DNA of 64,000 bases, taken from contig JBHGNT010000018.1 in the NCBI GenBank assembly GCA_043228905.1, forward strand, positions 16,306,001 through 16,370,000, written 5' to 3'. Position numbers and translations under genes: made by a program. The notes beneath the pieces are model-generated. The model made no database searches, was not told where the DNA came from, and saw only the letters and a list, made by a program, of their open reading frames with translations. The DNA comes from Azolla caroliniana. Lineage: Eukaryota > Plantae > Polypodiophyta. Numbering within the stretch: position 1 is the first letter of the stretch; each line of letters opens with the position of its first letter. This document shows positions 38,001 through 49,534 of this stretch, piece by piece.

Positions 38001-40125
38001 CTTAGTTTGTATATCTTGCTTTACATTCTTGACTATTTTGTCTAGATTCTAACTATATGCTTGTTTAAATATGTGATTAATTGTCGTTTCAGTTACAAAG
38101 GAGAATGAAAAAGATCCTGCACTAGCTGAAGAGAGGCAAAAGGAGTTACTTTCCAAAACAGTCCAAGTGAGCAACCTTAGCCCAGCGTTGAGCGTTGAGC
38201 AGCTAAAAACTCTTTTTGGCTATTTTGGGACCGTCACAGAGTGCAAGATAAGTGATTCAAAACTATTGGCACATATAGAGTATGGAAACCCTGAACAAGC
38301 AAAAGCCGCATTAGCTCTCAATAATATGGAAGTAGGTGGGAGGCCAATCAATGTTGAAATGGCAAGATCCTTGCCGCCAAAACAACCATTATTACCTTCT
38401 CCTAGTAGTTTACCAGTGATGATGCAACAAGCAGTTGCTATGCAACAATTTCAATTTCAGCAAGCACTATTAGTTCAGCAAGCTGTTGCATCACAGCAGG
38501 CAGCATTACAGGCCGCAAATGTTAAATCTGCTTCTGAGATGGCAGCGGCAAGAGCTGCAGAAATAAGTAAAGCTCTGAAAGCAAGTGGGAATGACGATGA
38601 AGCAGAGAAAGAAACCCCAGGGAAAATGTCTGATCCCTCCTTATGTCTTTGTGTTTCCTTACATCTTTGTGGTCATTGTTACAAGTAAATGGTTTGAATT
38701 TTATCCTGTAGTGTTCATTACAATTGAATAATTGTTTCAAGGTTTTGCTGTTGTGTCTATTACAAGTGGGTTGCATAAAAAATTAATATAATATCTTTAC
38801 AGGTCTCCAGCCAAACCACCAAAGTCGAAATCCCGGTCTCCAAGTCCTGTTCGGAGTCGTCGTCGTCACCGTTCGAGGTCACTGACAAGGTCTCCTATTC
38901 GATATCGACACGGTCGTCGCTCGCGTTCTCCCTCTAGAGAAAGAAATCGTCATGCTAATGATAGCAGGGGCCGAGCTTGGTTCTACCGAAGTGGAGAGGA
39001 TTATTATCGGTCCCAAATGAGGCATACTGAAGTTCGGGATCGACGAAAAGAACATGAATCTAGAAGTTCTCGGAGGAGTAAGAGTCCTAGAAGCAAGCGG
39101 AGGAGCAGGTCTCGCTCGCTAGGGAATAGAAGGGAGCTCGAGCATAGAAGGGACTATAGTCGCTCTCCGAGGCAGAGAAAAGAGGAACGTAGATCACTGT
39201 CTCCAGGAAACAGAAGAGATCGTAGTCGCTCTCCGCGGCAAAAAAAGGAGGAGCATCCTGAGAAAACAAGGTCTTCACACAGCACTAGATCACGTGCACA
39301 TGGGAGCCGAGATGAGCGCAATGAGAAGTCCACTTCTAGAAGGGAAGAGACTTCACCTCAAAGGGTTGAGACTTCTAGAAAGGATGAACCGTCTGCGAGG
39401 AGGGATGAACCCTCTTCCAGAAGGGATGAGCCCTCTTCAAGAAGGGATGAGCCCTCTTCAAGAAGGGATGAGCCCTCTTCAAGAAGGGAGGAGCCCTCTT
39501 CGAGAAGGGAGGAACCCTCTTCCAGAAGAGAGGAAGCCCTTTCTTCGAAGGAAGAGTCTATTTTTAGAAAAAGAGAGACTGAATTACATGCTAAAGATGG
39601 AAAAACTGACAGCAGGATGTTCACAAGATCTCCATTGAGAGAATCAACTCCTAAAGTAGAATCTGATGAAGAGAAGGCGGTTGTCGAGCAAGGTGTTGAA
39701 ATTAAAATACCTGTCATAGACAATGATATTGAAGAAAGCGTGAAGGTTGTAAGTACTTTTTGTTTCTTTTTTTGTATGGTGTGTAGGCTATCTTGCTATA
39801 TCAAGAGAGCAAGAGAGTTAACTCAATTCACTTGTTTCTTCTGCTTCAGGATTTGAATGGGGATGACAAATGGGAAGATGATTCCAAGGATAGGAGACGC
39901 TCTAGAAAGAAGCATAGGAAATCTGAGGATATTGAGAAACGTGATAAACGGAGGAAAAGGCACAAGCATAGGCATTGTCGATCCCCTTCAGATTCTGGAG
40001 ATGCTGTTCCTTCAGTGGATGGTTCAAAACATAAGGTTGATAGTGATGATGGTGCTAAAAAGGGCGCCAAAAAGAAAAGCCGACGCTCAAGATCTGCATC
40101 ATTGAGTAACAGTGGGAGCTATTGA
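35053..40125 (+). CDS. Filamin/ABP280-repeat + RRM + Arg/Ser-rich protein (resembles Arabidopsis AT3G23900, recalled); exons 35053-35842, 36262-36393, 38093-38627, 38803-39748, 39850-40125; 892 aa
   Basis: KPIGPVDPSKC...KDHGDGTYAVSY...SPFPV (filamin); VQVSNLSP...ALNNMEVGGRPINV (RRM); RS tracts; all GT-AG junctions are phase-compatible; total 2679 nt. Confidence 0.9.
39377..39544 (+). repeat. Coding minisatellite, 8 x 21 bp, consensus RR(D/E)EPSS
   Basis: AGAAGGGATGAGCCCTCTTCA units. Confidence 0.95.
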
Positions 40126-41580
40126 AAGGCACTTGGCATCCGCAGCTCATGATGATAAGGAACTACTTTAGGCCTTTTTGAAATTTTACTTGTATTTGAG
40201 ACAACTGTTGCCTCATTATCCCAATCACCAAACTGTTTTTCGTGCCCATGTGCCATCATATGCAGGTTGGAGACCGAGGAGAAATATGTAAGGATATATT
40301 CTTTGTATTGGAGATGGACTTGAGAAGCTGAACTTAACAACACTCTTTGTTACTCTCGACGCTTTAGGTAGTTGAACTGAACACTATTGACTTGAGCACA
40401 AGGTCATAAATTTGACTATTATTTATATTTGTGTAGTGTAAAAGGAATATGTTTGGATGTGCAATTTTTGGCCTTGTGGCAGGTTGTATGGTTTTCTCAC
40501 ATTCTTCCTTAAGAAGTACTAAAGTGATTTCCTGATCTTGACAAGAATTTACGAATGTTTTTTTGTTGATATTGATGATGGATATAGTAAGGTAGTAAGC
40601 ATAGATATTGGATTCTCAAAAGAAATGGGTGATCCTGTTTTTGTGTTCAATAACTTGCCTTATATGAATTTATTTTCTTCATTGTTAATAATTGTTTGGT
40701 TGAGTTGATTTGTTTGTTTATAAGGTTGTGTATGTGCTCATGGAGGAGCCATACATTTTTATGCTTTTACAGTTGTCATGATTGCAGTGTTAAAATTTGC
40801 TGCTTGCACAGAAGTTTGAGTTGAACATTCCAGCTTCAAGGTGAACAGAGATGTAAGTTTCTTTGTAATACAAGCCGGTATTTTGGGACCAATTCATATT
40901 TCATTTACATTTCTTTGGGATATTTGCACTGATTTTGTTCATCAAGTATGCTTCATTGTGGATGGTCAATTACAAGAAACTGTAGTTTAGATGACCGTTA
41001 TTGGGTCTTTATTACCATAGCTGGTCAAGATGAGAAAAACTACATTGTCAAAATAACATTTTGTATAAACCACTATATTCAGTCGTGGAAAACATAGTGA
41101 TTCCTAATATAGTTATTCTTTTGTCAATAAGTTATCCAACATTGTGGGGGATAATATTCTAGAAATACGGAGCTAGGTTCATTGTTATTATAAGTTTTGA
41201 TGACGATAGATTCAGTCAACATTCTAATCTTGAAGGCTGTGAAATTATGTACCCTAGATTATAATTGGGGTGGTAGGTGTGAGGTTATTGTCTCATTTGT
41301 TGGATGCAAACATTTTTTCATAGAACACTGTTGTGCTCTAATCAAGGTCGTGTCAATGAAAGCAATAGTCATCCTATATATTTCCAATCCTGCTCATGAT
41401 TTTAGCTCAGAAAAAATGTGTTAGTGGAAACCTTCAATATGGTTTGGAAGAATGTTTTGCGAAACGTAATGTGCCAGATGATGATTTAGACTAATCTTTA
41501 AAATACAAGGCATGATGGACAATTGGGTGGTATTCTTCAACTTTAGGCCATAACGGATTGGGTGGTGAGTGAAGCCTAGA

Positions 41581-43880
41581 TAGTAGAATTAGAATTTTTA
41601 ATGTCCATAAAGAAGGCCAATTTGGACATATGGGACTAGAGTATACATGTGTTCTTGATATGTGTCTCCTTCCTAAGAAGGGGTATTCATACATTGAAGC
41701 ACAAAGTCTCTATGAGTGAATAAAGCATACACATATGAGCTCAACCTTCTAGCATATCTTGAACGAATTGCACTATATGTCGAGCATGTGAAGAGCAAGT
41801 GACATTCATCCTTACCCATGCCTCCATTGCATAAATTTGTTACATTTTGATACCATGATGCAACTTCAAATCCTAACTTGTGAGATCTAGTGCGAAGTAG
41901 TGTAAGGGTTGGGCTCTAAGAGCATTACTACTCATATTGGTAATGAGATAAGGTTGGATACGATCAATAGGCATTCTTGCTTTATATTGAAACCAACATT
42001 CAAGGTTGACATTTGTAATGTAGTATGCTAGCTTTGTCCTCTTAGCATCTTCCCGCTTCATCCTTAATGATTCCACCAACCTTTCCTCAATCATTACAAA
42101 ATGCATAGCATCGCTCGAAAGCTCTAAAAGATCATCCACATCCCATCTTCTAAACCATTTCCTTATGTCAAGAACCCAATTGGATGAGAGAATCTTACAG
42201 TTATGATTCTTTTGTAGCTTACATCCAACATTCCAAGCAAGATGTGGTAATCGATGATTCGGCATATTCTTGACTTTTGTAATGTATTTATATACTTTTT
42301 GGGGTGCAAATATTTCTATGGGTCGAACACTTGTTTCCAAGAGCATGGTCCAAACCATTTCCTTATGTCAACAATCCAACTGGATGAGAGAATCTTACTC
42401 TTATGATTCTTTTGTAGCTCACATCCAACATTCCAAGCAAGATGTGATAATCGATGATTCAACATATTCTTGACTTTTGTAATGTATTTATATACTCTTT
42501 GGAGTGCCAATATTTCTATGGGTCGAACACCTGTTTCCAAGAGCATAACTTGGTAAGAGGTAGTGCATTTAACTCTTAATTGCCTCCTTAAAAACATCTT
42601 TTGAATTTTCTCAATCTCATTCCATGCATTAAGAGAGATGGGGCCACCCCATACTTCTGTTCAATAAAGCAATACTTGAGTTACCATGGCATTGAACAAC
42701 ATTAGTTTTACTTCCCATCCACAAGTATCTCTTTGGTTGCATTGGTTCTCCAAAAGGTAATACGATTTCCAACCGGCTTGGAGCCTAGAATCAAAGCATG
42801 CACTCCATTTATTTGTGGCGGGTACATCAATACTAATCCACTATCCATTTTTAGTTGGCATTTAACTTGTTCATATAGGCGTGCAACAATAACTCAGTCT
42901 CTAATGGCATGTCAATCTCTACCATTCTATTCCAAAGCTCACTTCGTGGTACGATATCAAAAGCTTTCTTGAAATCAACAAAACAACAATAAAGTGTTTT
43001 TCCTTGTAGTCGACTCTCTTCCATGATTACTCTCAATGTGACCAAATAATCCACAATGGAGTGTTTTGGTCTAAATCCTGTTTGCCCAAGTGCTCTTTTG
43101 CTTGTACTTTTAGTCCATGTGCTTATCTTTTGCTCCATAATAGTGCAATATAATTTAGCAATAGTTGAGCTCACCATTATTGTACGATAATTTGATACTT
43201 GATTCTTATCTCCGGTTGTAAATATTGGTTTAATCCAATTCATAAGCCAATCATTTGGAAATCTTTGTTTTATAGCTTGCTCTATAATTGTCATTATCCA
43301 ATGACGAGTATGTGGCATTGTCCATTTTTAATCCAATTCATAAGCTAATTATTTGGAAATCCTTGTTTTATAGCTTGCTCTATAATTGTCATTATCCAAT
43401 GACGAATATGTGGCATTGTCCATTTTAAAAGCTCACTTGAGATGTAGGTTGCATCTGCTGCTTTCCCACTCACCATCTTCTTTACTCCCTTATTGACATC
43501 ATCAATATCGATACATGGTCTAACATGTCTTCATTTGTAAAGCGACCTTTCACATATTCTTTCTTACCCTTGAGTTGCCCCCATGCTAAAAATGGTTTGA
43601 GCTTAAACAAGTTTTTCTTTTTCATCTCTTGCATTTGGAAATATCTTCTTTTCGTTCTCGTCACTACTTTCTTATATAGGTGCCATGCAACAATCTTTTC
43701 ATTTTCCCCTTCCATGGACTTAAACCATTCGAGATACATTTTACATTTATCGTTGAACCAAGAATTACATGGAAAACTACACATCTTATGCCCACCCGCA
43801 TGCCTCTTAAAGTATTGATATCCAACCTTAAGGATGAAATCCGTCAAATGTTGCCAATTTTCTTTAACATCGTTGCTTAG
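41581..43880 (-). mobile_element. RTE LINE, decayed, with two internal tandem duplications
   Basis: NYRTIMV, GFRPKHS, FVDFKKAFD RT motifs; 3' region as at 21661-22440; duplications at 42152-42546 and 43229-43427. Confidence 0.88.
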
Positions 43881-44499
43881 AGCTTAGCTAATTATAGGCG
43901 ATTTGAAGACATTGGCAATGGGATGTTATAAATATGTAATTTGATGAAAGATTAATTAATGAAGAATTAAATTGCTTGTTTTGAGTAATTTATCTAGTGT
44001 GTAATTTTAAGAGTATGTTTAGGATTGCTGATTTCATGATAGTGCTTTTCCTTAAAATTATGCAAACTATTTTAACTTGTACATGGTTCACTTGAGTACA
44101 TTTGTATCTCAAAAAGAAGAACCCTAAACGATATTATTAAATTGGTTTTTAAGAAAGAAGAACGCTAAGAAAGACTGTATATAAAAAAGACACACGATTT
44201 TATTGAGAAAGAAGCACAAAAAGTAGATTGTATATAAAAAAAAAAACTCCCAAACAGGTCCATTAAATTGTTTATTTGCAATACATGTAGTTTGTTTGTT
44301 TTACAAGAAAACTGGTAATTGCTACTTGTAGCTACAAATTCCATGGCATACTGTTGTAAATACATTCATACACATTAACACGAACTGTGTATAAACTTGA
44401 GCAACTATTGTATTGCGACATTGGGACATTGATGCACCTGACCAAATGAGAGTACATGTATGCCACTGATTTGTCTTCTAATAGCCTATACACATAATT

Positions 44500-44868
44500 G
44501 TAATCATCTAGTCTTGCATAAAAAATACCGTCGATGTAGAATGTCCCGGTAGATACAACATTTCCCCAAACATCTAAAATATTCTACGTTGCACAATGTT
44601 TACTAACCATGCACTTCAATATATAGAAATCAACACCATCTCAATTGCCTTCTTTTGCATTTACAGTAAAATTATCCCCAACATTTAAGACATCACTTAG
44701 AGTATCGCCACGTCCTTGATATGTGAAGTCATCATTCTTTTCTGTTTCTCCATCAATTGCTTCCTTATCGTTCAATGTATGATACTCCCAATTCTGAATA
44801 TATGCTTTGTTTAAACAATACCTCCAATTTCCCTGCACACAATGGAAGCAAAAACAAGTTAATTCTCT
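44500..44868 (-). pseudogene. Probable DNA-transposon ORF C-terminal remnant (unclassified)
   Basis: RELTCFCFHCVQGNWRYC...VGDNFTVNAKEGN*DGVDFYILKC; cut by the copia fragment. Confidence 0.4.
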
Positions 44869-44869
44869 A

Positions 44870-46273
44870 ATCGCAATACAATGGTATGTTCGGCAACTGG
44901 CCGACGAGTCAAGGATCTATCTGATCCTATACGTAGACGACATGGTGATTGCTGGAAGCAATCAAGTAGAGATTGGTAAGCTGAAGCAGAGCCTTCACGC
45001 AAAGTTCACGATGAAGGAACTCGGACAAGCCCGACACATACTAGGCATGAGGACAGAGGGAAATCGGACGACCAAAACTCTCCGACTCTCCTAGTCCGAA
45101 TACAATCGCAAGGTGCTCAAATGCTTCAACATGGAGAATGCGAAACCAACACCAACACCGCTTCCGACGTCGGTTGGACTATCAGACAGAGACTCTCCTT
45201 CGACAGACAAGGAGAGAGAACTCAATGGAAAAGTACCCTATGCATCGGCAGTAGGAAGTATCATATACGCAATGGTGGCAACCCGACCCGACTAAGCCTA
45301 TGTTGTAAGGGTGGTCAGCTGATACATGTCAAACCCAGGAAAGAAGCCTTGGGAGGCCGTCAAGCACATCCTTAGGTATCTAAAAGGAAACCTGGATGCA
45401 CAGTTGACTTTCGGACTGACAACCTCAGCCGAAGTCGAAGGATACGCTGATTCCGACTATGCCGGAAATGCAGATAATCGGAAATCGACATCAAGCTACA
45501 TCTTCACCCATGGTGGTGGGGTGATATCATGGAGGTCGAAACTTCAAGAGTGCACGGCTCTGTCTACCACAGAAGTCGAGTACATAACAACATCGGAAGC
45601 AACGAAGGAAGCAATCTGACTGCACCGACTTCGGAACTGCAAACCGAAATGACCAACCATCTATTGCGACTCATAGAGCGCAATACACCTCATCAACAAT
45701 CCTGTCCATCATGCGAAGACGAAGCACATTGAGGTGTGATATCATCATATCCGGGTGCTCATATACGAAAAGAAACTCGAAGTCCGGAAGATCGACACTG
45801 AGGTGAACATCGTCCACTCCCAAATCTACGATTCGGAGCACTAAGGACGAAAATGGGGCTACGACAAGCGACCGAGTAGAAGAAAGCCGAACGAGGACTA
45901 GAAGGTAAAATCTGATCAGAACAATAACGACACATCCTATACATTTGCCGACTCGGCTGCATGTCGACCAACTTGTAACAAATAAACTTAGATCAATTTT
46001 GTAATCTAGGCTTACGAGGGAGATAACCCCAAACACTTGTACATGCAAGAAAGAGTAGTCCTTTTACTAGGGAGTTTGTTGGCATAAAAGGACGACTCCT
46101 TCCAAGTTGTATCTGTCCGAGTGTGAACTCGTCAATAAGTTAGGGCTTAGTATATAAGCGAATACCTAACATTGTATAGAACGACGAGTGACAGAGAGAC
46201 GAAGTGTCTGTGTATTGTATCTCTGAGAGAGAGAGTGAGAACAAAGCAATAAAGCTTTCCATTAGAGCTTACA
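44870..46273 (+). mobile_element. Ty1/copia 3' fragment
   Basis: LYVDDM RT end; RNase H (GYADSDYAG, ISWRSKLQ, KHIEV); short 3' LTR about 46077-46273. Confidence 0.85.
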
Positions 46274-47725
46274 TTGTCTAAGTCCACGCCCATTCTATTT
46301 TTTCTGTCTTCATTGTTTGCTATTCAGAACCGACAACAGATCCACACACGTTTCCTCAAACCAAACTCATTACCAACACCAATCCTTAGTGAGACCATTT
46401 TCACCATAATCGTTTTCAAATTGGATCCCAATGTCCATCCTTTCTTTCTGATCGATCGATTTTACGAACATTAGGACTTTATCCACCCCCACCAATCGTT
46501 GTTCCTGCTCCGAGAGTTGAGCAAAATGATACTCAAACTCTAGGAATGCTTGTGTTGCGCTTTGGTGGATGTTCGTCGATGCCACCCACTGGTCAAACTC
46601 GCATCGATCTCGTCTCTTCGGTCTCTTATAGTCGTATGCCTCTCGTAAAGGTTCTTCAAAGGACCCCATGTCTGGTTTTGTTGTCGTATCTTGTGGATTC
46701 TCTCTTGTACTTCATTCGTGGCCACACGACTGAAGGATATCACTTGCAATCCTTCTGGTATCCCACATCGCATCATTGTTGCCTTGTAGTCACATATATA
46801 GTGTGCCACATCCTTTCTGTTGGATTGCCCGTTTCTTTGCACAAGCCGCTCTACTGCCAATTTGACCTCCGACATCAAGCGTTGTTCTTGTAGTATGCTG
46901 TTGAGCATCACCGTCATCATGGTCATCGCCTCTTGTTGATTCTCCATCTCCTTGCCACCCGTTTTCACGTCGGGTTCACCAAATCTGTCGTGCCTTTCGA
47001 CGTCGGATCGTTGCGTGAGTCAAGTGGGAACCGTTGGGGTTTTGGACTAGGAGGAGGACGAATTTGAGACGAATCTAGTTATGAATAGATTTTAAGAAAG
47101 AGATATAAAAATCTTGTGAATCCCACGAGTATAATGTATTTTATTAGATTAATCAATATTAAGATAAGAATATGAAATTTGGATTGAAAGAGATAGATAT
47201 AGAAACCTCGTGAATCCCACGAGTATGGTTTATTTCGTGAATCCCATGAATATAATTTATTAATTGATGTTTTTAGAAATATATCCAATTTCCAAAGTTT
47301 TCACACACCTTATTACATTGTGCTCCCCATCCTTATATAGTGATGAGAGAGTCTTAGCAATCCATGCTTTTTTTCTATCTATAGACTATATGCTTTCTCT
47401 AACATGCTTTTTTTATCGACTATAGTGTTTATGCATGCTAGATGTGCATGTGTAGCTTTTTTCTATCATGCGTTTTTCTTCTAAGTAAAGCTTTTTCCTA
47501 GAAAATATGCATGAAGTAACCTTTCTATGTGGGATATCTACTTTTTTAACACTCGTGATGTGTTAGTGTAATGGTAAGGCTTCAAATTATTAACATGGAG
47601 GTACAAGGTTTGAATCTTGCCTTATGCATGTAATATATATTTTGATATTTCTTTCTTTTTCTTCATATTTATTCAATCGGTTATTTTATACGTTTTTCAC
47701 GTAGTGTACGAAATACACTATGACA
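46274..47725 (-). mobile_element. Trp-primed gypsy 5' fragment (LTR, PBS, gag)
   Basis: PBS TTCACGTCGGGTTCACCA 46964-46981; LTR about 46986-47725 (TGTC...ATGACA); gag ORFs 46370-46968 homologous to 11693-12007. Confidence 0.8.
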
Positions 47726-48848
47726 ACGGTGCTATGTGCTTGAGGATGAACTCTCTTCCCTTTTCCTTTCAAGTCGTACTGCTTCTTTTTGTAGTCCTGT
47801 TCGAAGTGGCCTGGTTTGTTGCAGTACCTACAAATGATTGTGGATATGGTAATGGCACCTAATCCACTAGGTTTAGTTTTAGGCTGAAAATTTTGAAACT
47901 TTTTCTTTGAAAAGTTTCTTGGTTGATTCCTCACTGATGATGCCATGGCCAAGTGGCTGACTTCATTATAAGTATTTGTCCTTTTCCTTCGCAATTTGTC
48001 TTACTTCAGTTTTGCTATCAGGTTCTGTAGATTGAGGTTTTTGTCTTCACTATGGATGCTAACAAATGTCATCTAGGATGATGGTAATGCTCCCATCAAA
48101 ATCTCACATTTTGAGGTCTCATCTATGTTATTGCATGATGTGACTGCCACATCTAGTTGTTTCTTCCATTTGTTGATGAATGCATCAAGTTGTTCTCCCT
48201 CTTGCATTTCCAGGTTCATCAAAGTCCTGTATGAGAATATTTTTGCTGTTCCATCAGAGGGTTGGTGGAGTTTTCGTAGATACTCCCACATTTGTTGTGT
48301 AGTCTCCAAATCGTGAACATGATCAACTTGTTCATCACTGAGGTGTATTATGATTTCCATTCTAGCATCCAAATCTTTACTCTTCCATTGTTTCAATCCA
48401 TTTTTTGTATTTGGAATGCTCATGGAACCATCCACTAGCTCCATCCTTGTCTTCCACATCCAGTAGTTGTAATTTGTGAGTTTCTCTACTGAATACTTTC
48501 TTGAAATATTGTTCGATCTTGGTGAAGACAATTTTCCATTTCGTCCTTGGAGTACATGTTGTTTGGATTGTCTGGATCAATCCAAGCAAATGTGTTGTAT
48601 TGTGTTTTGCTTGATGTCCCTTAGAGAAGCTTTGATAGCATGTAAAGGGAAAAGAAGTACCAACACTCAAGGAGGGAGGGAGAAAGAGAGATAGACAAAG
48701 ATGGAGAGACAATGTTGTAAAAAGAACTTTATATTTCATTAAGCTAGTTAGAACACTTTATATAGAAACTACAAACATATTTAAATGTGTAAGTTACAGA
48801 ATAAGTTCTAACCCTCAATGACAATGCCTGTCACTATTCCAGATAACA
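47726..48848 (-). mobile_element. Ty1/copia 5' fragment (LTR and gag)
   Basis: LTR about 48641-48848; degenerate PBS-iMet 48629-48640; gag EKLTNYNYWMWK and CRYCNKPGH knuckle. Confidence 0.75.
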
Positions 48849-49534
48849 CGGTCATTGTTGCTTCTGAGTATACGCATCCTCGTAGGTAGTTCCACGCATC
48901 CTCTCTCTTGTGGCAAAAAAGCTTGAAGGCTTTCCCATATCATTCCAACATTTCTCAAAATTTCGACTCTCTTTAAGAAGCAAGAACTCGTTCCCACCAA
49001 CTTGGAGATTCCCCCGTGTTTCATCAATGAAAGTGTGTCCTATTCCTCTCAGGACTCTAAGGTAAGGATAATCCACTACTTCTTCCATCCGTTGCCAACT
49101 ATCTTTGGGTAGGGGTGTAGCCACATGCTTCACCTTCTTGTCCACTATCTTATATTTTGTATTTACTTTGACCTCATCTTCGGCAACGCTTTACTCATAT
49201 TCGTCAATGGTAGTGTATAACGTGACAAGGTTTATCCGAAGTATCTTCTTTTGAAGAAAATTTGATTCAATGACACGTTCCATTTTCCCAAGAGTGTTGT
49301 CAAATGAAATTACTTCCATGGCCCCAGTTATTATCTCCTCTTCTTCCATAAACCCATTTTCTTTTGATTTCTGTTCAAAATCCTTTCTTTTTACACCCTT
49401 TTCTTTTCTATTATTTTCCTATTTGGACATCCTTTTTTCAAAAAATCAAAAACTTTTTTATTAGTTAGATGACAACTTTTATCGCATCAATTTGGGGACA
49501 AATCTAAATTTCTTGAATTGTTGTTATCACTCTC

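Noticed and set aside
39358-39723. - strand LLEEGSS-repeat ORF
   Set aside because: Reverse reading of the coding minisatellite
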